Of a stretch of DNA of 64,000 bases, positions 43,401-57,427 are shown piece after piece (positions within the stretch are counted from its first letter, which is position 1; each line of letters starts with the position of its first letter). The translations under genes were made by a program, and so were the position numbers. Below the pieces are notes generated by a model. That model did no database searches. It had not been told where the DNA came from and saw nothing but the letters and a program-made list of their open reading frames with translations. The stretch comes from Nitrospirales bacterium (GTDB lineage: Bacteria > Nitrospirota > Nitrospiria > Nitrospirales > UBA8639): assembly GCA_965203295.1 (NCBI GenBank), contig CBDBCZ010000019.1, positions 288,001 through 352,000 of the forward strand. The letters run 5' to 3'.

Positions 43401-46400
43401 ACCTGACGCTTTGAAGTGCCAAATGAAAACAAATATTTTTCAAGCTGGTTTTGTGAATGTCCTAAAGTCACTTTGCATACAGTTAACAAGTCCAGGTTAG
43501 TAAAAATGTTTTCTCTGACAAGACTTTCTGCATACTCAGTGACAGCTTTTGTAGCAGTAGCTGGATATTCAATAGGAAGCTGATGAATGAGTGCTGATGA
43601 GCGTGTAAAGCAGAGGAGTTTGGTTGGGCACACTGATCTGTCCCTGCATGTACAGGTGAATGGTAATTTGTTATACAGCAATATAAACATCTATCAATAT
43701 GAACTAACCAGTCATTCCCCTGCAACTGCTCTAGCTGTTGATCAATTAGCTCCTTCAAACTAAAATGCTCTTGAAACTTCAGGTAGTTCCTGATGTACAT
43801 AGTTGGAATACCACCACAGTGGACAGGAATAGCTTCAGGAGGTACCAGTTGCATCACTTTTTTGCAAAGGTAGCTCACAAACCACTGCATCAGGACAGCA
43901 ATTACAATCAGAGCATCGGTGTGAACTTGAAAATTGGTAGTTTGGTGAAGAAGATCTAGGGCTTCGTCAATTACTGCCGCTATGTTCTCGTGAGTTATGC
44001 CTTCCAATGATCTCTTAAACTCTGAGTTCTGCATGACCATTTCAAAGATATAAATAGCATCTTCTTCCACTTCTGCTGCTAAGAGCTGTGGGAACAATGA
44101 ATACGTGAAAGAATACAAAATATTAATAATACAGCCGACTTACTTTTGGTATGTGAAAACCTGCATTCTCTCGAAGCATTTTCAGCAAGAGTTTCAGGAA
44201 AAATGTACAGATCTGCTCTGATTCATCACAAATGTTTTGTTGGTCTTGCAACGGTATGTATTCATGATCAGTGGGTGGCAGTAGTGTAAGCAGTAAGGAA
44301 TCAAGAGTCTCTTCAGTGCACCCATACAGAATGGGCTGCTTTATACAGGAAATAAACTCAGCAGCCTGTGCAAAAATGTGAAATGACTGAAGACACCTCT
44401 ATTGCATAATAACTTTATTCTCACCTTTTCATATGCTGCTTCCAGTAGAATTCTGAGGTTTGGATGCATTTTGCTGAGAACAGTTTCCAGTAGGCTATGA
44501 TGTGTGAGGTAGTACTTCTCAAAGCGATTAAGGAATGGGGGTGGCGTGTCTTCAACCTCTGATTTTTTAATGACAACTATACACTGGAAAGCTGGGTTCA
44601 CACGACAGAGCTTGGAATGAGCACCAATGGCAATGTTTGTGTAGAATCTGGTTCCATGTTTCGGGTCTTTAATGCTGCTAAATCGTTGATTGAAGAGGTC
44701 ATAAAAGCTCTCGTGTATTTCATCTGTCTGGCACATTAGTACAGTATGGCCAGCTGCAACTGAACTCATAATTTGTACAACAGTATTGACCTGGAAAAGA
44801 ACAGTGTACAACATAAACACTTATTTTTATATTTATTCAAGTGTTGCTTTACCCTTGATTGAGAATCTCCTGTAAAGTCGCTACAAATAAAGAGTCGCGT
44901 GTCTTTTCTTCGTAGTACTCCATAAGTGAACAGAAGCCTAACCAAAGAGTCATCTTCACTCGGGTCAATGATCAGCTTGTAACGAACTTCACTTTGGATG
45001 TTCTTGTGGACATCATCCTCCTCAGATATTGTATGCTCTCCTTGACTGTCTTTTAGGATGTCAAGAATACTTTGAAAGCGAATTCTTTCCTTTGAAATAC
45101 TTGCAGGAACCTGATAAAGATATAGGTGTTAAAAGGCATTTTACCCAAGATTACATTTACAGACCACAAGTACATACCTTTTCAAAGAAAATTTTGAGGA
45201 TATCCTCAAAATTCTCACCCCCATTGAAGTTTCTTTCTAAAGCTTCTGCAATAATCTGTGCATTTAAACGGTATTTACGATTGCATCGTAAGTATACGAC
45301 AAAATGAATAAAGTCTCGTAAGCCAAACAGTTTTTGTAGTTTCTCGTGGTGAACTACAGCAATATATGACTCACAGAAGTGACTTAATAGTTTTTCTTCA
45401 CTCATTGAAGCTACTTGTTCTCTTGGGAAAATGCTTGCTTTTGCCAGCTGATGCAATTCTTGGTATGTTGGTTTAGGCCTGAAGAGGCTGACTGCCCGAT
45501 TGGTTTTAGAAGTGTCAAGAATATGATTGCTGATAGCTACAAAGGAAACCTCTGGCTTGTCCAGGTAGTAGTGTAAAACTTTTAGCGATTCAAGCTTTTC
45601 TTCTGGAAGGCCAGCTTCATCCATGAATACAACACACCGAATAGGCAAACGACTTTTTGCGACACTGTGCTGGCGGGTGATAGCTTTTTTAAAGGTCTTC
45701 TCAACTTCTGTTGATGTGGTTCGACGAGAACACTGGTAGAAATGTGGATCTAGAGACTGGAAAATATCTGTGTGGCGGTAGATCTCTTTTTTAGATGCTT
45801 TTCCTTTCAGGTTTGCAGCAACAATGTTGAATGATAGAGTTTTGGAGGAACCAGGATCACCCACAATGATCAACGAGGTACGAGTCATAGTGCATGCAAT
45901 AGTAGCAAACACATTTTCCATCAGTGCTTCAGTTTTGGCAATATTGGGAGGAAGTTCAACCGCATTAATGTACCACCTCAGCTCATCCTTATAGGCCTTA
46001 GAGAATGTTACATCACTTTGCAGTTGGTCATATTTATCCAAAAAGAGCCAATACTTCGAACGATACTTGGAGTTAAGCCGCATAAAGTACACTATTCCAA
46101 GTGATACTAATACGGCACGGCGATGATACTTCTCTCGTGGCTCATTATGTGGATTGAATCTGACATATGTTTTCATAAGCCACTGGTAAAATATGAAAAC
46201 TCTTTGAATATCCCTCTGGCTGACAGAACTCTTTGCACAACACTTAAGCTGATCGGCACTTGCTGGGATATCTAATGACTGAAGTTGTTCCAAAGCATAG
46301 TCTCGCATTTTCTGCTGGCTTTCTACTATGACAGCAGAAAGGCTAGATACGATATCATCTTGTCGAGACAATGACTGCTGACTAAGCATTTTCAATTTTG

Positions 46401-49400
46401 CATTGACATACTCTGTTTCCTGCTGCTGATTTAGTGATCCATAGTCCCACTTGAGGTACTCGAGTGTGGGGTGGAGTTTTCGAACATAATAAGTTCCTTT
46501 CAACCACGACTCATAATGTTTGTCATGCATAAGAGTTAGGACATCTCCTCTATGAGGGTTGCATGATGCAATGATGAATACATTTTCAGGAATGCGCTGC
46601 ATTTGGAAATAAGGAGTTCTGTAATATGCACTTATTATGAAGACTTCTACCACCGTTTCACTCACCTTGCCATTGATGGTTCTATCAACAATAATTTCTT
46701 TGAATAGTCCCAAACAGGAAGCTGTGTTGATTTCATCCAAATATGCCTTGAGAGAGAGAGAGGGAGAGAGAGGTGACTTGGTCATTGGTGACCTGGTCAT
46801 TGACTGCACCAAGTTTTGTCAAACTTACAGTAACAAAAGGAACTCTAAGCTGTTGTAATCTCCTAGCTGCATCATATGCTTGCTGGAGTTCATCAGCCTG
46901 AAGAATTACTTCTGCAAAAAACTCCTCAATATCCATTGGTTGAAGGTCTGGAAGGATATATGCTCATGTATACATGGATGTGCATGTATTTGAAATAATG
47001 ATTGCTTTAATGGTAGCATACCAGCATGAATATTCTTTTTGTGGAAAGTACTCTTCACTGTAGCACTGAATATGATGTACAACAGATGCGCTGTGGTCTG
47101 TTAAAGAGAGTTATTTAGTAACAGTTTTGACCCTTAGTACACATGTACTAGTTAATCCTACCTTAGAGCACTGTTGCGTTTTAATAGCAGTAAAAACATC
47201 AACGAGTTCCTCCCCATCATTTAGCTTAAGATTCAACATAGCAAATTTTAGATCTCCTTCTAACTTGAGAAGTGACTGATTTAGTTTAGAATAAAATTGA
47301 CCACTTTCAAATCTGCTGTCAGGGAGCTGTGCTATGGTATTCCACATGTCTTCAGTGACCATGTGTCCATCACCTAATTTAGATAAAGCTACCACACACT
47401 CTTGCTGTAGAGACTCATCAACCGCACCAGACTCTAGTTCTGTAGAATAGTAATCATAAGATGAGAGTGACCTTGCAAAAATATTCCTAGTTCCAATTGA
47501 GCATGACAGTTACTAAGCAACTACGATTATTAATATACAATATAATAAATCCCCTACCTCCCATCTTTCTGTGCATTAAATCCACAATGCGATCTTTGTC
47601 CCTATTCCATTCTGCAAACCAGGAGTGGTTCCAGAGCTCAGAAAGCATTTCAATGAGAGCTGTCTTCCCTACTCCAGTTTCTCCCTCAATTATCACAGGA
47701 ACTCCACATTCATATCTCTCATGGATGTTTAGCATCTTTAGTGTGTAGTCCAGAGTGAGCACATACTGTCTTTCATCAATTGGTGAGAGGCGGCCATCTT
47801 TGGGTAGGGGAACACCAAGTGCACGCGACAAATACTTGTCCAGCACAGCTCGAGAATAAAGGTCCCTGAAATAGCAAAAAAATAATTATAAGACACCGTA
47901 GTAAGATATAATCATGATAAGCACAGAACTTACTCAAGGGAAGGAATTTCTACTCCCATCCTTTTAAACCTTCCCTTATCTGCTTGCAGTTTAGGATCAT
48001 CAGGTAAGAGACAAATTAGTCCAAAGCTTCCACCACCATCTTTAAAGTCATATATCAGCTGTAGAAAGGGTCGTGCAATATTCACTCATGTATACATATT
48101 GTTACTCACTAAGTTGTATTACAGACCTGCTGGTGAGCTTTTTGTGACCAGCTCTCTTTGATACTGGGATCACAGAAATCAGTCACTTCTTTCAGCATTG
48201 TTTGCATTAAAGTTGAGCCCAAACGGTGTGTGTCTGTTCTCTGCCTCTTCCCATCAACTATAATATATTCACCATAACCAGTATTGTAATTGAATCCTGG
48301 AAAGTTGTCCAAAAATGTACATCTTCTTTTCATGTACCTGAAAGGTAAAGTCACTAATTAACATGCATAGAGCAGTTTACTAATTATGACTATTAAGCAT
48401 TACATGCAATACCAATAAAAGGTTAACTGTCTCAGTGAAAAGAAAGCAGAGATAAGTTTATTGAACCTGCTTGATAATTTTCAATGCAGTGTTCGCATCT
48501 TAACCTGTGTATAAACATCCTACACAAGCACTACACAGGAATCCAAAACGCATATAATTATGTGGTACTAATATTTTTTTATATTCCTGGCCTGTAACCC
48601 TAAGCTCTGTAGACAATATCTCATCTGCTTTGCTTGCATGGTACTTGAAACACTTTATGGAGCTGTTTGTGAAAAAATGGTGAACATAAGAAGAATCACT
48701 TCCCTTGAAGCAAGAGAGCCGTGGATATATATATATATATATATATATATACTTAGCCTTTTCGCTGCACAAGCAAATGTTGTATATAGTGCTACAGTTA
48801 CATGCACAAACTAGAATGATTTTGCAATTGTACCAAGAATCACTCCTGTTTGACTATGTAAATACCAAACTAACCTAGTACATAAAACTTTCAAACTACA
48901 GTAAAATGTTATTAGTGAAATAATATTTAGTACGTAACAATGTAGTTGACCACAACTTACAACAACAAACTACTTATAGTGCCATCAACATACTGTCATT
49001 TTTAAATTGATGCATCGACTTACTGGATGAACAACTTTTGAGTAATTTTGGTACTTTTGACATGGTCTGACATGTACTTCTGGAGAAGTCGCTTGCACTC
49101 TGTATCTGGCACTCTAGGATCTGTGCTGAACTTTATTGGGTCATCCCCTAAAGAATAGAAAGTGACTATTATACTACTATAAATTAATTTTTAGTTTTCC
49201 CCATACCTTGTCTGTCATGAAGACTGTCTATCGTGCCCTTCTCATATGACCTCAAGTACTTGCACACCAACTGAACATTGTCATCAATGCAGTAATCGTG
49301 TTTTAGATCAATGTCAACTGGAGTTCCCATTAGAGCCAACGCTGGCACCTCCTCTTCAAAACACTTAAGAAAATGAGCAGGAGTTTTTGTAGATCTTGAT

Positions 49401-52400
49401 GGTACCTATTTGGAGCACAGAACTTCATGAATGATTACATACAGGGCTTGGAATTCCATGCTACTACCATACTGTACCTCAGTGTATAGTGCCCATGACA
49501 AGCCAGCAGGATAATGAAAGGACAGTCCAGTGGCTGAGTCTTCCACATAGCCAAGGATTAAGAGCTCAAAGAAGAACCATCTAACATTTTTCATTAGTTG
49601 CTGGTAGTGTTCTTTCTCTCTCGCATCAGTGCCATCCTATAAACAGGAAACATGATTATAATTCTGTTGCAGAAAATTAGTTTAGAGAAAGTACTAACCA
49701 TTGGGGGAAGTACAGTGAAGTTAAAGAATATGGCACAGTTCCTTGCATCTCTGGGTAGAGTACGCAGCCTCTCAATGGCACTCACACTTGTGAATGCCTC
49801 GTTAATGGAAATTGTGACTCGGTGATTTTCAGGGATAGCTTTCAACTTGTCACGAATGTAATGTGTCTTGCCATTCCCTACACAATATTGACAAATAATA
49901 AAAACCAGATATGATAGTGGTCTCGTCGAAAGATTACCTGGCATTCCATATACAAGCTCTATACAGGACCAATCTTCCTGTCTTTGCAATCCCATTTCCT
50001 TACGAGCTTTACTCATATCCATAGATACTTCTTCCTACAGAGATAGACAACAAGTAGTGTATATTGATGCATCCAGAAATGACTCCTGTTCATAATATGT
50101 TACTCTATACTGAAGTAGCTTCAAAACAAATCCAATATACTTTGAGCAAGAAAATGGTGAAAGCGTAGGTAAGAACCTTGTAGTCTATGAACTTCAGGTA
50201 TGAAACCTCTCGAAGTAAAGAAGGAGCAGTTTCAATGAAGTAGACACATGTCTGCTGGTTCTTCAATTGTAAAAGTAACTGCAAGAGGATCTGTGAAATG
50301 TGGAATACAAAATATGCTAATATTAATCGTTCTTCTCAGTCTGTGCTGGCCATTTACCTCCTGAAGCTGGTATGGAAGGTCGTTAACCTCTGCTAGGAGA
50401 TAGAGCCTTGGATGCTGGACTGCCCTCTTCATCAGCAGTCTCAGATCCTGCTCTGTGGTTGTTGGCTCACAGTGGAGAAACTCAAAGGCTTCTGGTGGAC
50501 CACCATAGAGCCCTAAAATAAGCCTTACTAGTTCGCTTTCAGTGTATCCAGTAGCATTGTAAAGAACATTATTGGCCTGTGATAAACTTGCATACTCCTT
50601 GTTGTAACGCACTGGCAATGACCACTTCTTCACTTCAACTTGATCAAACAAGTACCGAAGATCCAAAAATGATCCCACTATCTCCATTGGTGACCTCTCG
50701 GATTGAGACCCCTGTTTGCATGTTTCTACAGCAATCTGAAAAAAGATTGAAACATGAACATTTAGGAAATTGCATTACAACGGCTATGAGAGCATTAGCT
50801 TACTTCCACAGCACTCCTAAAACCTTCATTTGCGTGTGCATTTCTTTGAAATAAGAAGCCAATCTCTTGGATGATTGCTGGTACAGAGGGCTTTTCAGCT
50901 GTTAGAGCTTCATACAACAGTATCAGCTTTGGTACTCGGAAGAAAAGTAACCATTTGTTACTGTTAAGTAAGTTCTCCACTTTTTTCATCCAGTTTCCGA
51001 CTTTATCTTTCCAGTCTTCAAGAATACTATTCGTTGCTGAAGCCTATATTATCACAAATATGCATCATTATATGGAGGCACAAATAAAATTAATAGTACT
51101 CACACAAACCTCTTGCTTTTTGACAGGTAATAAAGTTGAACAGTCAAGTGTGTACTTAAAGGGTCTCTGTGATAACTTGGGGTGACCAAGCTCTTGAAGT
51201 TTTCGAAATACTACCAAAATTTTGTAGGCAACCTGCACATAGAGACAGCATTAGTAGCTAGATAGAAATGGTAAACATGAGAGTTTACTCTTACCTCATT
51301 CCACTGCAAAAAAGATTTAACATTTTGGTCATCACCTTTAAGCAATTCAAGTCTGTGAACAAAGTCCTCAATCTTTTCCATTGTTAACGTTCTGTCTTGA
51401 AATTTCGCAACTTCTTGTCTTGCCTGTTCCTGAACCTCAGGGGTGGATTGGTCTTGAGATACTGTAGGTGAAACATGTACGAATGAAAGCTTATACTTTA
51501 ATACTAGCTGGAGTCTGCTGTGTCGAGTAACTGTTGCATCAGTAGTTTCATAATGATAACTTCCACTTTCTAGAATACCGTTCAGTTCATTGGATACATT
51601 CTCAGGTGTGTCCTCTGAGTGAGAGAACCAAAACTGAATCAGGTGCATGTTCTTTCTCACGGTTTCAAGTTGTGGAAGTCCTTCTGGTATTTCAAGAGCT
51701 GCCACAGCAGACATCAGAGAGTGAAATGACTTGTGACTAGGGTCCATGATTGGGGCAATAAATGTAAATGCAGCAATCAAATGATTTAACACCATTTGTT
51801 GGTGTTCATCCAGCTCCAGGTGCCGTGTAATGACCTCAACCTTGTGATGAAATTCAGCATAACCCAAAGGACCTACCATATTTTTCTCTTTAAGAAAGTT
51901 GTAAAAGTCAGCACTATCTGCAACTTTGGAGAAGAGCTCCAGGCGCTTTGGACTTGCATCTTCTTTGAGGCAGAGTGCCTTGTGAACATCCTCCCACTTC
52001 TGTTTTGCATCCTCAATAGAAATATTTGCTTTCTCTTGACTGTCCTGTAACATCACAGCTAGCTTGCAGATTTCTTTAAAGTTAGGGTCATTTAAACAAC
52101 AGTCCAGATCATACTGTTTGAAAAATTGCTTAAGCATTAGGATGGATCTTGCAAATTGGATGAGTTTAAGAAGACTCTTTATCCCAGTTAACCCTGTAGA
52201 ACCATATTGACGAAGACTTTGGCATTCCATTAGAGTACTAAACTCTTCTTCGACATTAAATACTTCAAGTTTAAAGTTTTCAACAATAATTTCTCCATAC
52301 GTTGCGGTTCCATCCAAAACTTTCACAAGCAGAGTTTCCACAGACTCCACAGCTATGTGCACTTGTTCAGGAGTGCTTTCTTCTACAGCACTGCCACGGA

Positions 52401-55400
52401 CTGCACTTAATGCATGATGCATATGGGTACTGAACAAGTAACTCTGATGTAGCTTAAAATGAACAAGTAGGTCCATATTTGGTTCAACTGGGGCCAAGAA
52501 AGCAGTAATCTGTTCAACAAGCTGGCAGAGTGATTTCAAGCTCAATTGTCTTGAAAGTGAAATACAGGCATCCGTGGAGGGGTTGAAATGTTTATCATTA
52601 GGAGGTGGTAGTTCTGCACACACTATCGTGGTAGCTCCCTTTTCATCAGGAAAGATAATGTTTGTACTAAGTTCTGATAGGATCTCTTGAGGGAACTCTG
52701 TTCCATACTCTGAAAGGATGCTGATCACTGAGCAACTAAGAAAATCATATAGTGATAATCAACTATACATGTACATGTGTAGAGCTCTAGCTATGTTACA
52801 AACTTACCATCCAGCCTTAGGGTCACTAGGAACATATTTTAAGACCAGTTGATTGAGTTTCTTAAAAAATTCAAGGAAAGTATCATGCAAGGTTTCTACT
52901 TCCACTCTGGAAACCACCAGACTTGAAGCTGAGATAGCACCAGCAAGATTGTGCATGTTGTCACGACTCTTCAAATACCAGTTAATTTCTTCATAATTCG
53001 CTTCCTTTTCTTCGAGTCTTGATTTCCAATCTGCCAACATTAAATGGAACGGTTGAATCCACTCAAAGTAGCTTCTTACTGATGAGGATGGGTTCCTTGC
53101 AACCACATCTGGAAGGGCATTGTATAACTTTTGATCTTGTCTTGATTGGGTATATAAACAAAAGAGGGTGCCAACTTTGGTGATCAAGGAAAAGTATTTA
53201 TTGAACATTACCCAATTAACAGACTCGATGCTAACAAATCGGGTGCTGAATATGGAGATTTTTTTACAGCATGCATTCACAAAGTCGAGACTAAACTCCT
53301 GCTTCGGGGAAGGCTCACTCTGCAGCCAACTCATGTCACACGTCAGTGCTCTAACTGTTGTACCAATTGCTTTACTCAATGAGGGTTGGAGAAGGTCCTT
53401 TGAATCTGTAATCAATTCCTGTAAATATCAATTGTAAACTCTTCATAGCAGTAATGATATTGTGCATACGCTGCACATACCTTCAGTACAGCTGCTAAAA
53501 TAGTTTCTTGGAAGGTGCTCTTCTGTAAGGATATACAGTTCTAGAAAACAATGGCAAACATACTAAATAAGAACATAGCAGTCTCTTTAATTGTTATAGG
53601 TACCATTATTTCCTCAGTCTGAGCCAGAAGAACATATTTTTGTCTGTTTTCGTGAATGAACCCTCGAAGCCTGTCCTCAAATTCAGCGACAGCTGGCGTA
53701 TCATCAGGAGAGTGCACAGCAAATAGCCCAGGTACATCCAGTTTCATTAGATCAACAATGAATCGGTAAGTCTTGTTACATTCTTGGTAGCGATCAGCTA
53801 CTCTCAGTAGAAAATTAAGAAGATGCCTTTGTTTAGCAGCACCAGAAAACCTGTATAAATACCACGAAAAAAGAGAAAGTAATCAATATTGCTAGTGTTC
53901 AACCTATACAGGTATATCAGAATTTGAACTCACTTTACCACCACCAGCTCAAAGAAACTTCTCCAAATGCTTTCAGATATGTTTGCATGTAGGGAAATTT
54001 CATAGTCATCAAGGTACTCTTCCAAAATCTGTAGAGGAAGTAAAATGTGTGCTATGATATCTAAAACAAAATTACTTTGGTTTAGAAGTTTACCTCAGGA
54101 GACCAATTTTTGGAACCACATTTAGAGTAGACATTATAAAATTGGTCCATCCGCAATCTCTTTAGACCTGTTTTTGTCTTTTCCATGATCTACAAGAAAA
54201 CAAGAACAGTACGTAGAAAATTCACAAGGTATGTGCACATATAGAGTGACTTAAATCTGTGCGGAAATCATGACTTACATAGCTATGATATCTCTTTGTC
54301 ACATAGTATCGTTGAGAAAGGACTTCTTGCAAGCATTCTACCTGGGTATTTGGTGGAGACGCTTCAGTAAGCTTCAAAAGCAGCAATAACCACTCCTGAA
54401 AATCTTGATCAAAATTTAACTGCAGTGGTCTCAAATTTACAACTTGTAACATGGCATCGAGGAGCAATAGACCCTAACACAGGAAGAAATCGTAAATGAA
54501 TGAGCACCATACTACAGTATTATTACAAATTAGTATCACAACTTACATCTTTAACAGTTTGAGGTGCACTGCCACTAGAGACATTTCTCAGAAATTTCTT
54601 GATTCCATTCTGTTGCAGTGATTGTTTATAGGCTTCTCTCAGTCTAATCACAACATGCTCCATAAATCCTTCCATAGAAGATTTGTACTCCTTAAATGCA
54701 ATAACAGTGTTCCTAAGAGAGTTCAGGGTACAATTATATTTACAGCCTGCATGGAATATTATTATTGTTACCATTACCGCTCTTACTTTTGCTCATCAAA
54801 TGGTCTTGTAACTTTATTACCAACTGGTGCAAGCAATTCACCAAGTAGACTGATGCCAAAAGTGAGTTCAACTGGCAATTTTAGCATTTGACCCAAAGCC
54901 AAAGCTTTCTTTAGACCTTCAATATTGTCACTATCCAATGAATATCGGTGAGCATCCTGTTAAAGAAAACTTTTAGAGACAGTAAGTTATCAATAGAAAC
55001 AATTTTATGACGTACCTTCAAGAAATAGTCTTGCCATATCTTTTCATCAGGTTCTTTAATTCTTCGCTTAGCACAGAAGCTCAAATATGTAGTGACTATA
55101 ATGAAAAGGTTTACTTTATTATACTTTGTTAACATTACAAACAGTACTCTCATACTTACTCCACAGCATTGTTGAATAGATACGGTATTCCTTAATTTTT
55201 CGCTCTCTCATTAGCCTGATAAAAGCTTCTTCAAAAAACCAGAATGCAGTCACTACAGGTGTGCTATGCTGTTGTGGCTCTGGAGTCTCTTTTAAGCCCA
55301 AGTGGAATTTAAAGTCTTCCCTGTATAAAGAAACATTAATTTAAGTTGCATAAGGCTATTTGACAGCTTTTGGTTCAAACTATATGTAAAAGGTTTGAAA

Positions 55401-56200
55401 GCTGGAAGGGATGGATTCTGCAACAAGGTTATGTATATTATAAACCTTTTCAAGAAGCCACTCAATGCAGTGGCAACATGAACTGGATTCAGTTCTTCAA
55501 ATTTTGCAAAACATAAGTTCAGAAATTCCTGAGGACATCTACTCCGGTATCGTCTGTGTTTCCTGCATCATAAAAAGGCTATCATATTATCTGGCCTATA
55601 AGTTTCTTCTTTATAGAAACTTACAGAAAACATGTACGATGTGCTACTGCTATATAGAATAGAAAATCCTTTTCAAAGGTATCTTTGGATTTTCTGGTTA
55701 GCAGAGTAAATAACGTTTTCTCAGTTTCCTGACTCTGGTCGGTGGTCTGTGGAACAAATTATACTATGCTGAATACAAGAGTATACCTTGTATATTTATC
55801 AATTTCCAACTCACTTCATAAATATTAAATTCACACATTAAAACCTGGAACAGTTCGCTTTTTTCAGATACAATATTTTCTTCACTGTCTGTTGGAAAAA
55901 GCATTTCCTCAATCCTTCTTACCATATTCCATGTTTTATCATTTTGAGATACAGGTGAACCTGCAATGGATTCAGAGACTAAAAAAAATGATACAGTAAC
56001 AGTAAACATAATAGTAATGTACTCATGGTTAGACATGACAAACCTGTTTGTCGTGCATGAAGTATTTGAATCGAGGACACCTCAACCTTGGCAGTGACTT
56101 TTCTGCCATGACTTTGTATCATTTCCGTGAAATTTCCCCCTGAACCTGGTTTGACAACTAAGATTGGAAATTCCCATTTCTCATTCTCAGGAAGAAACCG
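34461..56200 (-). CDS. RNF213 (mysterin)-like giant AAA+ ATPase with C-terminal SAM domain; dozens of exons, 5'-truncated at the bacterial junction
   Basis: Motifs GMPG|NGKTHYI, PVIIEGETGVGKTALI, YLDEINTASCLGLFKEIIVDR, IVGDPGSSKTLS, VVFMDEAGLPEE, FVAISNHILD.SKTNRA, SFYDLFNQRF and PFLNRFEKY occur in RNF213 order. The last exon is SAM-like (LEQYAARFEEEEIDGSILF…LKEL). The full exon chain was not verified. Confidence 0.88.
34804..35019. mobile_element. TTAA-flanked MITE (Kolobok-like GG…CC ends) in the last intron of the RNF213-like gene
   Basis: TTAA on both sides; imperfect TIRs CCACCCAAAGATTTTTT…CCCAGAAA / TTTCTGGG…AAAAAATCTTTGGGTGG. Confidence 0.75.
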
Positions 56201-57227
56201 TGAGATTCTGGCTACCTTGTTTATTCCCGGAGTGGTTGTGGCTTACTTCTTGTTTCCTGCCCGCACTCGGCTTGCTCAAATGGAGAAAGTCAGCGAGCGT
56301 GCAAAGAATATTATGTCGGAACATTATCAAGATGCTCTTCGACAATACAAAGAAAGCACAGAAAAAATTATTAACGATCGTTATACATTTGGGAATTATT
56401 GGTTCCCTCTTTTCTTCCTTACCCTTGTGTTAGGAGTTGGATTCTTTTTGCTATTTTCCTCAGCTTATCCACTCTATAAATTCCACACATTAAATGAATT
56501 ATTGCTGGCTATTCCCAATGCTGTCTTCTATGGATTTCTTGGTGGGACTTTCTTTGTCCTTTTCTCTGTGATTAATCGCTACCGATCAGCTGATATCTAC
56601 CCTCAACTAGTACTTGGGTTGGGTTATCAAATTTTGTTCTCGGGGGCTGTGGCGTACTTCGCTGTAAACCTATCTCCAGATATTGTGGATCCTCTATTGG
56701 CCTTTGGCGTAGGCTTTATCCCTTACAAAGAACTGACCGATTGGGTACGACAAAAAACCCAGACCAAACTAGGAGTGGATGGATCTCAAGGTTCATCAGC
56801 AGAAATTGTTGGAAGTGATAATTTGTCAGCGCTATAAGGCATGCACCAAGCGCACCGAGAGCGATTGGGAGAAGAAAAACTTCTCACAGTCCAAAATCTA
56901 GCATTCATGAATCCGTTCTCTCTTTTTCTCAGCACCTCTTACGATATGCCCCTTCTCATAGATTGGATCGATCAAGCGTATCTTCGCTTATACCTGAACG
57001 AGGCGCAGATCAAATCTTTAGCCCCCATCGGAATCCGCTGCGCTATTGAATTGTCCCAAGTTAGTCAATTAGAGGCCAACCATAAAAAAGCCTTGCTTAA
57101 AGCCATTGCTGAAGCACTTGGGAAAAGCGAAGAAGCTGCCAAAAATTTGGTGGAACAAGCAGCTTCAGACCCCTAAGTGGAAAGATTAAACCTCTTTTGG
57201 CAGGAATTTGGAGGGGGAGGGCCTTAA
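56200..57227 (+). pseudogene. Bacterial multi-pass membrane protein with a C-terminal helix-hairpin-helix-like domain; 5'-truncated, two in-frame TAA stops
   Basis: Several hydrophobic helices. The frame continues through TAA at 56835-56837 and 57174-57176 (LSAL*GMHQAHRERLGEEKLLTVQNLA…IDWIDQA). Confidence 0.75.
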
Positions 57228-57427
57228 AGTTGCTGCCTCAATAAGTACGTGGGTGGAGAAGCATGTCGATCAAGATGGGGATGTGATTGACATCCTGGTT
57301 CAACCCCGTCGCGCGGTCCGCTGATCATTAACGTCAGGCCGCCAAACAATGGAGAGCAGACGTTAGGTTGGCCCTACTATTTGCCTTACTGATTTCCGAG
57401 AGCATCACACTCAAAAAGGAAAGGATT

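Noticed and set aside
56127..56200. GTG start and N-terminus of the 236-aa bacterial ORF
   Set aside because: No RBS, and this stretch reads better as the animal exon on the minus strand.
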